A stretch of 63,365 nt of DNA, the filler included, from Octopus bimaculoides (Eukaryota), in NCBI RefSeq assembly GCF_001194135.2. It is 8 parts of 5 records of this genome, joined end to end, with 100 filler letters (N's around TTAATTAATTAA, not from the genome) between each part and the next. Parts side by side here need not be neighbours in the genome. Positions count along the whole stretch, not along the records: positions 8,035 to 18,524 come from NC_068981.1; positions 18,625 to 20,136 come from NC_068996.1; positions 20,237 to 22,437 come from NW_026377236.1; positions 22,538 to 27,144 come from NC_069009.1; 4 more parts are not named here. One strand, given 5' to 3'. Both the position numbers and the translations under genes were made by a program. Of this stretch, positions 13,480-25,008 are shown in pieces; the first letter of the stretch is position 1, and each line of letters begins with the position of its first letter. The notes below the pieces were generated by a model that saw only the letters and a program-made list of their open reading frames with translations, made no database searches and was not told the DNA's origin.

Positions 13480-13700
13480 GTCTTTTATATAGCTAATCTA
13501 CTTAAATTTGTCAATTTGTCCTATCGTAATGTGCTGGGATTCTTCTCGTTCCCGGGTGGCTGCTATAGTTTTGCCCTTTTTGGTGCGGATCTCTTGTTGA
13601 AACTAGATACACGACTTAACAGATTCTGGAGCTTAACTGATGTAGCGATCAGCACGATATCTTCAGCACAATTAGTTGTTGCATGTTGGTCTGTTTATTT
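13480..13700 (-). pseudogene. Degenerate LINE RT fragment (RTE-like, motifs 5-7)
   Basis: Minus-strand CAEDIVLIATSVKLQNLLSRV resembles FADDIVLIA..LQ.LL; it is followed by QIDKFK. Confidence 0.5.
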
Positions 13701-14085
13701 CCATATCAGATCAACATACAGACGGATAGGTACAGAGGTTATATGAAGAGACAAGCACACATACGCAAATGTAGACTGAAACACATGATCATGTACACAC
13801 ACACACACTTCACTACACACAAGGACACATATGGAGACACGTGTCCACACATATGGATATGTACATCCATACATACAAACATGCTACATAGTTGCAAAAC
13901 ACACGCACACACATATACACACAGACATGCACACACAAGGAGACATAGGTGCATACATATACAAACATACGCTCACACACACACATACATAAAAAATACA
14001 CAAACACGGACATGCAAGCACATGAATATGCCGAATACATACATACAGATGCACACACATACATACATACATATATATACATATG

Positions 14086-14131
<46 letters not shown>

Positions 14132-14256
14132 CGCATAGATGCATACATAAATACATGCATGCATGCATGGGTACACACGTACATACTGACTCACACACAT
14201 GCGCACAAACAAGCAAAAAGTAACGCAGTGTAAATAACGGATAGAGTCCAGACTAT

Positions 14257-14378
14257 TGAAAAGGTTGCAAGACGCAACGAACATTTTGGGAAAATAAAAA
14301 TAAGAAATAAGTGGAAATTTACCGGTGAGTGTGTTAAGTTATAAAGCACAATAAGAAAATGACTCTCCCCCGACACAA
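14257..14378 (+). repeat. Unclassified interspersed repeat; second copy at about 25421-25550
   Basis: Shared gcaacga..attttgg.aaa...accggtg.gtgtgtta...ctc/tccc..gaca between the two sites. Confidence 0.55.
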
Positions 14379-14518
14379 TAGTATATATGTGCGCGTGTGC
14401 TTGTTTATACGCACATATTTTTTAACGAATCAGAATTATATATCCACATATGAAATTTTATGTTTTACTTCTAAGTACAAAGATTACTTAAGGTAAACTA
14501 ATATATATGTGTGTGCGT

Positions 14519-14557
<39 letters not shown>

Positions 14558-15111
14558 TGTGTGTGTGTGTCAGTGTGTGTGTGTGTGTTCACATTTGAAA
14601 AAAAATTCCTAATGGTTTTGTACTCTGGTTCCTATAACAATTTTAGATTAATAGCTGTAAATATTTAAAAGATCTTCGCAGGCAAAACGGTTTTATAATT
14701 TGTGTTGACTTCGCATTTATTACACGGCTGTTAGTGTTATATAAGTACGAATTGTGTATTTCTTCGGAGCTCGGCATTCATGCATGGTGTTAAGGTCTTG
14801 CTAGATGCGGCAATCATTGTGTGTTGAGTTTATAGTAGGAATACTCTCTGTAATCCTTGTCAAATATGATATATTTCTTTCGCTATGTTATCATCATCCA
14901 TTTAACACTGATGTAACTCAGTTAAGACCTATAATTGTCTCGTGTGCCAGATTGACTTACTAATTAGTAATGTAACTTAACTTTGAATTGAATTCACATG
15001 AATTAAAGAATATTTCATTTTATTGGTTCTAATTTGGAACAATTTAAGTGAGTGATTGTGTGTGTATGTATGTGTACGCGTGTGTGTGCATGTGCGTAAT
15101 TATGTGTGTGG

Positions 15112-15199
<88 letters not shown>

Positions 15200-15606
15200 A
15201 GCAACAATTGCAACGGTATCGTAGGCTAGGACGAAACTTAATCTGAAACTGAAAAGGTAAAACTACTTCAACACTACTGCAGTTTTGTCAGCTTAACGAT
15301 AAGAAAATACTTCTTCATTGAACAACTAATAAAACGCTAGAAGCGAATAGTAAGTTTCTACTAAAACTACTGTTCCTACATGGGTATAATGCAGCGAAGC
15401 AGATCAGATCTTATCACAAAACTCACACACACACACACACACACACACAGACAGACACACACACACACGCGCGCGCAAAAACACGCACACAAAAACACAG
15501 ACACACACGAGCACACAAATACATGCACATATACATATATGTACATCCATGTAACGCAACGAACACACCCTGTTTGTTTATATATATATATACTTGCCCA
15601 AGGTGG

Positions 15607-15720
15607 CACATGGTTTAGTCCCACCGCGTGCCACCTTGGGCAAGTGTCTTCTACTATAGCCTCGGGCCGACCAAATCTTGTGAGTAGATTTGGTGGACGG
15701 AAAGTGAAATAATCCCATCA
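15607..15720 (+). mobile_element. SINE family A, 5' part only
   Basis: ccttgggcaagtgtcttctactatagcctcgggccgaccaa matches the heads of full copies at 25009-25400 and 45403-45806. Confidence 0.85.
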
Positions 15721-15734
15721 AACATATATTCATT

Positions 15735-15948
15735 TACTTTTATTTTTTACTTGTTTCAGTAATTTGACTGCGACCATGCTGGAGCACAACCTGTTTAGGC
15801 GAGCAAATCGACTTCAGGACTTATTCTTTGTAAACCTAGAACTTATTCTATCAGTTTCATTGCTGAACCACTAAATTACGGGGACGTAAACACACCAGCA
15901 TCGCATGTCAAGCGGGGTTTGGGCGACAAACACAGACACACAAATGCA
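15735..15948 (-). mobile_element. SINE family A, 3' half
   Basis: tacttgtttcagt.atttgactgcg.ccatgctggagcac...ggggacgtaaacacaccagcatcg. Confidence 0.9.
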
Positions 15949-16379
15949 NNNNNNNNNNNNNNNNNNNNNNNNNNNNNNNNNNNNNNNNNNNNNNNNNNNN
16001 NNNNNNNNNNNNNNNNNNNNNNNNNNNNNNNNNNNNNNNNNNNNNNNNNNNNNNNNNNNNNNNNNNNNNNNNNNNNNNNNNNNNNNNNNNNNNNNNNNNN
16101 NNNNNNNNNNNNNNNNNNNNNNNNNNNNNNNNNNNNNNNNNNNNNNNNNNNNNNNNNNNNNNNNNNNNNNNNNNNNNNNNNNNNNNNNNNNNNNNNNNNN
16201 NNNNNNNNNNNNNNNNNNNNNNNNNNNNNNNNNNNNNNNNNNNNNNNNNNNNNNNNNNNNNNNNNNNNNNNNNNNNNNNNNNNNNNNNNNNNNNNNNNNN
16301 NNNNNNNNNNNNNNNNNNNNNNNNNNNNNNNNNNNNTATATATATGAACCAAAGTAACTTAAAACAATTACAGGAAATT

Positions 16380-17965
16380 TCCTCCAAACTTTCAAGCCTG
16401 ACTAATAAAGTCGAGCAGTCCTATTTCTACTGAAAAGGTTTTCTGGAAGATAAAACAGTTAACCTAACACCTGACATTATCCCAACACTACAGAGGCTAA
16501 TCAAATCCAATGAATCAGCCATGCTCCAAAAGTAACAGATTTTTCCTCAATAAAAACACACTAAACAACGTTTGGATTTAAAATCTCACAGCATTCAGGT
16601 TTGCTTTTGGGAACTTCATAAAATGTAGTAACAAAGCAGACCTTTATGAAAAGTGGTTCAACTCTAATCTAATCATACTTCCCCCAAAACTCCAAATAAA
16701 ATCTCTCAGAAATGAACTAGAAAATCAACAAGACTCATGGAGAAATTGGCCTCACAAAATTTCAAAATGGAAATAGAATTGTTACGGCTAAGATCCAATT
16801 CCAACGATGAACAATTCAAGGCCCTTGATAACAAAATGGAAATTTAAATTTCAAAATGCTGTTGAGGTGCACTCCGTGATAGAACCACCAAACTTTGAAG
16901 AAAAAGTGTAAGGATGAAGAACGAACATCCTTCTAACGATGGGAAACAATGCCACCTGGTTCGTCAAATACGAAACGGATTTTAAAAGCGAACATCATAC
17001 AAGCAACCCATATTTGATAACAATTAAAGCTCACACACCTCACCTACAACAAAACAAATCGCAAAACATCAAAAACACAGCGCTCCAAATATTGACAAGA
17101 ATACCAGAACTTACAGACCACTCTATAACATTACCAAAAAGTACCAAGGTACCCTCCAACCCGAGACAAAACTTTACCCGACACCGTAGATTCCAGCCCA
17201 CACATGAGTCGTTCCAAAATCGTAGATCCCACCCAACACATAGAAATGCGTTCCTAAATCACGACCGTAAGTTTTAACCCACATTACGGAATCAAAATTA
17301 CATATATTACCAACAACCCAGATCCGGGAATATCCAAAACTTCGTAAGAAGGTCACAAAATAACGGGGGAAATGCCAGTATATACCGAAATACCGGAGAC
17401 AGAAGAATCTCGAGAAATCATATTTTACGCCAAGGCAACAGAATCTACAACACCAGATGGTACATACCAACCCCGAAAACCCAAAGATAGTAAATCGTTT
17501 AAGCCTAAACATCTCAACCCAAGAAATTAAAATCCTCTGTAGAAAATTACGCCTCACAGAAAAATGTTTTGCCAAGGAAAACAATAACGACGAATCAATG
17601 GTACGCAATAAATCAATTACAATCCTACAAAAGGCAGGAACAAAATTCTGGATAAATTTTCTGACTACATATCACACTTCCCTTATAGCGAACTATTACT
17701 TCCTAAACCCAAATCTAATACCAGTAAAAGGGAATGGGAAATCCTCCACGAGTTACAGAACAATTATGACATTACAGTCAAGGAGAGATAACGGTAGTAC
17801 TGTCGTAATTATGGACACCGAATAATACAATTACTCTGTATCTCTTACAAGATATATCCTACTATGAAAGAATAGTCAAATACCAACACTCCAAAACGAT
17901 GCCCAAATTAAACGCTTATTTGCCAAAATCAAAATAACCTAACGACAAAGATTGCGATTACTTAA
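16380..17965 (+). pseudogene. Degraded Penelope-like element, N-terminal region to start of RT
   Basis: ILCRKLRLTEK...ESMVRNKS, then KSN.SKREWE.L.ELQNN.DI and (D)NGSTVVIMDTE, matching the PLE RKLRL.E.F, KSNL and DKG..VV.MD motifs. Many stops and frameshifts. Confidence 0.75.
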
Positions 17966-17968
17966 CAA

Positions 17969-18297
17969 ATTTTGGTTTTGCACATAGCATTGTCCTAGAG
18001 AATGTTTAAGAAAACAAAAGAAAATTCAAAATTTGAGAATACATAGTATTTCTCGTAGGACGGGCAGTTCCAATGAGTACTATCTTTTGAAGTTCTGCCA
18101 TTTTGGGGTTTCCTGTATCTACGCTAGGTAGCAATCAGCCTCTTTTGCTATCATTCCAAGGGCACATATCACAACAGGTATTGTTATAGTCTTGGGGTTC
18201 CACATTTGGCTAATTTCTATTTCAAGATCCATATACCTGCTCAGTTTTTAGTAGGTCTTGATAGGTACATTTATGTCTATTGGGACAGTCATATCAA
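17969..18297 (-). pseudogene. 3' fragment of an R4/Dong-like LINE (restriction-like endonuclease C-terminus); same family as 45841-46171
   Basis: IDMTVPIDINV..KLSRYMDLEIEISQMWNPKTITIPVVICALGMI; DNA similarity to 45960-46170; adjacent to (AAT)n. Confidence 0.8.
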
Positions 18298-18325
18298 TTA
18301 TTATAAGTAATAGTAGTATTATTGT

Positions 18326-18326
<1 letters not shown>

Positions 18327-18375
<49 letters not shown>

Positions 18376-18430
18376 CAACAATAATAATAATTATAATAAT
18401 AACAACAACAACAACAACAACAACAAGAAC

Positions 18431-18524
<94 letters not shown>
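18327..18524. repeat. (AAT)n/(AAC)n microsatellite
   Basis: Directly visible. Confidence 0.95.
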
Positions 18525-18935
18525 NNNNNNNNNNNNNNNNNNNNNNNNNNNNNNNNNNNNNNNNNNNNTTAATTAATTAANNNNNNNNNNNNNNNNNNNN
18601 NNNNNNNNNNNNNNNNNNNNNNNNCAACCACATACAGGTTTTCCTTGACTCATATCAATGAACTTTAATAAATTATATCTACTGTTTCTAACCTTAATAC
18701 TCACTAATGTCAAACTTAAATATGTACACACTAAATCATTCTACTGGGTTTATTTTAATGCGAGCATTCAACTAATTTATGTTGATAAGGTATGACAGAT
18801 TTTCTCAATTTAATTATCTATCATAATCCACATTTAAGATTAGAACTTGTAATTTTCCTTTATCTCACACCAAGATTTGTAGATTTGGTAGAAAAATGGT
18901 ACGCTTTACATTTTTTTGTAATTACTATTTGTCAG

Positions 18936-18953
18936 ACACAATTTGTTTGGTTG
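18936..18953 (+). CDS. Possible 18-nt microexon (TQFVWL)
   Basis: Acceptor tactatttgtcag| and donor TTG|gtaaga, phase 0 to 0. Short enough to arise by chance. Confidence 0.2.
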
Positions 18954-19396
18954 GTAAGAATGGTTTATAACCAGACGTGTAAACTTTTAAACCCGACACT
19001 TTGAATCAGGCAAGAGTTGGAACATGAAGTAGACCTAAGCCTTCTTTGTTGGTCATGAAATAATTCAAGACGCTGTTCTTAAATAAATGCATGAAATTCC
19101 AGATATTTATAAAGAGAAAATATAGATTGTAGTATTTTCCTTAATAAATCGGTAGAACGTACACCATGCAGTCACAAACTACGAAGCTATGTTTAATGAT
19201 TTCTAATTTGGAAATAAAACTAAAAGGTTGGGAAACGTAAATTGTGAAGTAGTAATCAACCTAGTTTTTGAGAAATTATTTTATCAAATGCGAAAGCATT
19301 CTCTTAATTTTACCATCAAAAGTCACGATATGGTCGAACGAACAGTAATTAAACCTCTATCAAAGTACTTTGCATATTGCATACATTATAAAGCTT

Positions 19397-19557
19397 CGAG
19401 CTGGCAGAGTTGTTAGCAGGCTGGGCAAAAATGCTTAGCGGCATTCATCCGTTTTTATGTTCTGACTTCAAATTTACCTTTCATCGGTGTAATCAACTTA
19501 CTCACGCCACCGAAACTGCTGGCCTTGTGCCAAAAATTGAAACCATTATTATTATAC
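19397..19557 (+). mobile_element. SINE family B, internally deleted
   Basis: gagctggcagag..gttagc...aaatgcttagcggc ... ggccttgtgccaaaaattgaaaccattatt. Confidence 0.8.
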
Positions 19558-19588
19558 AGCTTTGACTGAGGTTCCATATTGCAAATAT

Positions 19589-19619
<31 letters not shown>

Positions 19620-19778
19620 AACCATAAAGAGTCGAAGTATGAGAGNNNNNNNNNNGTGTGTGTGTGTGAACCATAAAGAGTCGAAGTATGAGAGATGGAT
19701 AAATTTATTAAACCACTTGAATCTTTAAGAATGTGGTTGTTTCGCAGCCTTCTTCGTGTAATAATTTACGTATGCTCC

Positions 19779-20136
19779 TAGATCCTCAGGACATCCAGTC
19801 TAGAGATGCTCCAACCATTATCTTTCTTTTTTTCTACTTTCGCCTGCACTCACCTTGAATACTGTTGTTCGCTATGGTCTCCCCACACGAGCCAGAATAT
19901 TAAAAAGCTTGAAGCACCCCAAAGATTGATTACAAAAAGAAATTGATGGCATGTCTGGTCTTAATTACTGGGATCGACTCGCGAATCACAAACTGTATTC
20001 TCTCCNNNNNNNNNNNNNNNNNNNNNTTATTTGTATGATGTGGAAATTGTTCCGACAGTATTGCCCAAATGATATCCGTATCTCTTTTAAAATCCACCCA
20101 AGGCTTAGTCCCCATGCCGTGCGTCCTCTACAGAAA
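19779..20136 (+). pseudogene. CR1-like LINE, C-terminal part of ORF2
   Basis: HLEYCCSLWSP...KLEAPQRLITK.. and GMSGLNYWDRLANHKLYSL..ICMMWKLF..CPN. Confidence 0.85.
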
Positions 20137-20237
20137 NNNNNNNNNNNNNNNNNNNNNNNNNNNNNNNNNNNNNNNNNNNNTTAATTAATTAANNNNNNNN
20201 NNNNNNNNNNNNNNNNNNNNNNNNNNNNNNNNNNNNA

Positions 20238-21115
20238 TCAGTTGTGGTGTGCAAGAGAGACGATTACGCTGGTATGGACATGTGGCGAGAATAGCTGTGG
20301 GAAAAAGTGCCACACCCTAGCAGTTGAGGGAACTCATGGAAGAGGCAGGCCCAGGAAAGCCTGGGTTGAGGTGGTAAAGCACGACTTCCGAACTTCAGGC
20401 CTCACCGAGGCAATGACTTTCGACCAAGACCTTTGGAAATATGCTGTGCGTGAGAAGACTCGGCAAGCCAAGTGAGACCAAAATCCAAGGCCTGTGCCAG
20501 CCCACTTATGCGTAACATTCCTTCTTTGGACAATAAACTCCGCTTGCGAAGACCTGTTGAGGCAAGTGAAATCGAAATCGAACTAAATTCGTAGACTGGC
20601 ACCCATGCCAATGTCTTCATTGAACACTAAACTTGGCTTGCGAAGACTTGTTGGGGCAAGCGAAAGCGAAATCGTGATGGCAACTGTACCAGTAAATCAC
20701 TAAGAGCACCGTCCGAGCGTGATCATTGCCAGAGCACAAGCTGTCTGGATTTCATGCCGGTGGCACGTAAATAGCACAATTTGAGCGTGATCGTTACCAG
20801 TGGCACATGAAAAGACATTCGAGCGAGTTCATTGCCTGTCCCGCTGGACTGGCTCCTGTGCAGGTGGCACGTAAAATACACCATTTCGAGCGTGGCCGTT
20901 GCCAATACCTAATTACTGGCCTTCATACTGGTGGCACGTAAAAGCACCCACTACACTCTCAGAGTGGTTGGCGTTAGGAAGGGCATCCAGCTGTAGAAAC
21001 TCTGCCAAATCAGATTGGAGCCTGGTGTAGCCATCTGGTTCGCCAGTCCTCAGTCAAATCATCCAACCCATGCTAGCAAGGAAAGCGGACATTAAATGAT
21101 GATGATGATGATGAT
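20238..21115 (+). mobile_element. RTE-clade LINE 3' end: ORF C-terminus, modular 3'UTR and (GAT)n tail
   Basis: RLRWYGHVAR and VEGTHGRGRPRKAWVEVVKHD...WKYAV are typical of the RTE C-terminus. The terminal module ggcgttaggaagggcatccagctgtagaaac...gcggacattaaatgatgat recurs inverted at 49135-49254. Confidence 0.85.
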
Positions 21116-21486
21116 ACATATACATTATATATACATATATATGTATGTATANNNNNNNNNNNNNNNNNNNNNNNNNNNNNNNNNNNNNNNNNNNNNNNNN
21201 NNNNNNNNNNNNNNNNNNNNNNNNNNNNNNNNNNNNNNNNNNNNNNNNNNNNNNNNNNNNNNNNNNNNNNNNNNNNNNNNNNNNNNNNNNNNNNNNNNNN
21301 NNNNNNNNNNNNNNNNNNNNNNNNNNNNNNNNNNNNNNNNNNNNNNNNNNNNNNNNNNNNNNNNNNNNNNNNNNNNNNNNNNNNNNNNNNNNNNNNNNNN
21401 NNNNNNNNNNNNNNNNNNNNNNNNNNNNNNNNNNNNNNNNNNNNNNNNNNNNNNNNNNNNNNNNNNNNNNCATTGTGGATCCTAAC

Positions 21487-21519
<33 letters not shown>

Positions 21520-21626
21520 CATGTATATATACATATGTACATACATATATATATATAAACATATATGTATAGACATATACATATACTTGCATATATACAT
21601 ATACATGTGTATATACATATACATAT

Positions 21627-21659
<33 letters not shown>

Positions 21660-21767
21660 TCATACAGATATAGGGTAAAAATTAATAATTAATTGATAAT
21701 TAGTAATTTTACCAAGTAATTTGGTGTGTTAAAAACCATTTTTGGTAAATATATAAACATAATTTAA

Positions 21768-21837
21768 AATTTAGGGTTCAGCAAGTATTGCTTCACCATA
21801 TATATGAAGTGAAGCAATACTTGCTGAACCCTAAATT
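21768..21837. repeat. Perfect 29-bp inverted repeat around catatatatgaa
   Basis: aatttagggttcagcaagtattgcttcac / gtgaagcaatacttgctgaaccctaaatt. Confidence 0.95.
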
Positions 21838-21888
21838 GTGTTTATACATATATATGTACATACATATATATGTACATATATATACATA

Positions 21889-22378
21889 CAGTGGGGGAAA
21901 ATAAATATTCGTACATGTCAAAATTCATTATTCATATAATTTCTAATGAACATAAATGGGATATACCAATACAATATTTGCATACACATGCATAAACTAA
22001 GAATATGCAAAAGAAACTAATAAATTATAGTAACTAATGAATTTATATACTATTATAAATATTTAGGGGTGAAAAAAGTATTCGTACAGAATAAATTTAT
22101 GAGTTTCTATGCCACAAAATACAGTTAAAATTATTTTTTTTTTTACTAGAACTTTCTTGTTTGTTCCAATAATCTTATCAGTGGTCATTTTTAAGCGTCA
22201 AAACGCTAGCTTCTTCATTCAGCACTGAGACAACATAGAGTAGTATTGTAATAATAGCGAAAAGTAACGAACTCACAAATTCAGAGAAAAACTTAATTAC
22301 TGAATAGTGGAAAGCAGGTAAAAGTTACAGGAAAATATCAGAGACCTTTTGTATTCCATTTTCTACCATTTTTATGTA
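21889..22378 (+). mobile_element. Tc1-family transposon 5' end (IR/DR type) with the start of the transposase
   Basis: TA|CAGTGGGGGAAAATAAATATTCGTACA outer repeat and inner ggggtgaaaaaagtattcgtaca at 22066-22088. From 22254, (M>I)AKSNELTNSEKNLITE*WKAGKSYRKISETFCIPFSTI resembles the Tc1 paired-like HTH. Confidence 0.8.
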
Positions 22379-22733
22379 TATACATATGTATATATATATA
22401 GATGTATATATACATATGTATATATACATATGTATATNNNNNNNNNNNNNNNNNNNNNNNNNNNNNNNNNNNNNNNNNNNNTTAATTAATTAANNNNNNN
22501 NNNNNNNNNNNNNNNNNNNNNNNNNNNNNNNNNNNNNCTTTAAACAGAATATTTTAATGTTTTTTTTTTCCAAATTATTTTCAAGTGAGTACCACTACAA
22601 ATTTTTTTTTTTTTGGCAGATTTAAACATATTCTAAAGTGAAAATGACTTTGAAAATACGGTAGATATTTCGTAAAAGACCCGTTCATAACCTGTGTGAA
22701 ATAGTTCTTTTTTCCCCCGAGTATCTCCCCTCC

Positions 22734-22852
22734 AAAGATTTTGCTGCTATTTCTAGCACGCCCTGCTACCACGTAACAGCTATTTGCGGTAAAGGACCCG
22801 AAATACCTGTAACGTGGTAGCAGGGCGTGCAAGAAATAGCAGCCAAATCTTT
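22734..22852. other. 119-nt GC-rich hairpin (52-bp arms, 4 mismatches)
   Basis: Arms 22734-22785 and 22801-22852 were paired base by base. Confidence 0.9.
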
Positions 22853-23873
22853 CCAACCCACGAAACAAAACTCTGTTGCTGGGAAACTCAGAGTTTCCCA
22901 GTGACCCGGTGGTAGTCTATTATATACATATATATGTGACCCCTTGGGTAAATGTCCGCGAAAATAGTGACATATATATGTGTAGATGAATAAGTGTATT
23001 ATGGGCGGAATTTTACCATATCATATATCATAAACTATGACTTTCTCAGATGCAGCACAGAATTTTGTCAGTGAACAGGTCGCGGTTTCAAAGAGGCGAA
23101 AATAGTTTGGCAAATTAAATTTAAATGTTGAGGTGTGAATCTAACGGTTTTTGTGTTTTTAAATGGCTTTTAAACACCTTGCACGCTGCAATTGTTTCAT
23201 ATTTTAGAAATTCGAGGGATATAAAATAAGTCATTTTTAACAATGGAATTCAAAGTTGAGAAAGCTAAAATGAACAGTGTATAGAATATCTGGATGTTGA
23301 AGAAATCGAGCAGCCTTCGATTTTTTAAATCCTGTCTAAAGGTTATATATTCAACTATGAAATAGAAGCTACGAAGCGGTTAGATNNNNNNNNNNNNNNN
23401 NNNNNNNNNNNNNNNNNNNNNNNNNNNNNNNNNNNNNNNNNNNNNNNNNNNNNNNNNNNNNNNNNNNNNNNNNNNNNNNNNNNNNNNNNNNNNNNNNNNN
23501 NNNNNNNNNNNNNNNNNNNNNNNNNNNNNNNNNNNNNNNNNNNNNNNNNNNNNNNNNNNNNNNNNNNNNNNNNNNNNNNNNNNNNNNNNNNNNNNNNNNN
23601 NNNNNNNNNNNNNNNNNNNNNNNNNNNNNNNNNNNNNNNNNNNNNNNNNNNNNNNNNNNNNNNNNNNNNNNNNNNNNNNNNNNNNNNNNNNNNNNNNNNN
23701 NNNNNNNNNNNNNNNNNNNNNNNNNNNNNNNNNNNNNNNNNNNNNNNNNNNNNNNNNNNNNNNNNNNNNNNNNNNNNNNNNNNNNNNNNNNNNNNNNNNN
23801 NNNNNNNNNNNNNNNNNNNNNNNNNNNNNNNNNNNNNNNNNNNNNNNNNNNNNNNNNNNNNNNNNNNNNNNNN

Positions 23874-23912
<39 letters not shown>

Positions 23913-25008
23913 ATAAGAAATAGAAGCTACGAAGTATATGTGGTTGATTTTACACACACACACACACACATGATAGATTGCTTTCAGATTTCGCCTACCA
24001 AATAAATCCACATGCGAGGTTCAGTTCAGCCTGGGGCTATACAAAAAAGACAATTGTCCAAGACGACATGCTGTAAGACTGAACCCCAAAACCACAGCCC
24101 CGAGAAGCGAACTGCTAAAAACCACACCCGCGCTTTATTATGTAACAACACATATATTAATCTACAGAATAGATTATGGTAACGTCATCTTCTCTCCAGG
24201 CACACCAATATGGTTATTAGCTGCTGATATAACCAGACTAATGATTAAAATCATTACACCTTTGACTAATCTAGGCTTCTTTCTTTTACAGCAAATCTAA
24301 GATACATTATTCAATACTGTCCATTATTTTTTTATTCTATTATTTCTTTTGAAGCCAGAAAAGGTGTAAATTGGGGGAAATCTGGCCGTTATTTCGAGCA
24401 CATCGTTGACTTTGTAGAGGATCTCTTTGTGTCTCGATGTTGGCTAATCAGCTCTCGGTCTATCCTCAATCCTGATTGAACTGATTAATGATCAAAGGTA
24501 GGTCGCTATAGAGAAATGATACGAACTGAGACAATATTTAATCAAGATCGCCTCAATGTAGCATAATTAACGTACACTCTCTGTCGATACTGCCCTTACC
24601 GATCTATCGGCAGTGTGTATACATTAAATATTATACACAGATGGCTGTAGTGACACTAATTTTATGACAGATCAACGAAAAATGAAACGTTATTATTGAT
24701 TATTGGCGAACGAAGAAAAGACAAATGAATGAGAACAAAGAAGAACATAAACGAAAAATTACCTCGTATAAATCTACGTCGGTAATAACAGTTAGATGGT
24801 TCGATAAAGAAGGTTCGATCTTCACATTTCAATCGGAACGAAGAAGGTCGGAGATAATAATTAATGAATGAAGTATTTCTGGGATAAACACACAACATTG
24901 CTGGATTTTCATTGGTCAGTTTCGGTCAGCTGATAAGACGCGAGGCAAGGTTAAAGAATGACTGTGGATACGTGATGAACAGACAATAATTAATTAATTA
25001 ATTATTTA

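Noticed and set aside
19608-19693. Duplicated gtgtgaaccataaagagtcgaagtatgagag
   Set aside because: Identical copies on either side of a 10-N gap; an unmerged contig overlap.
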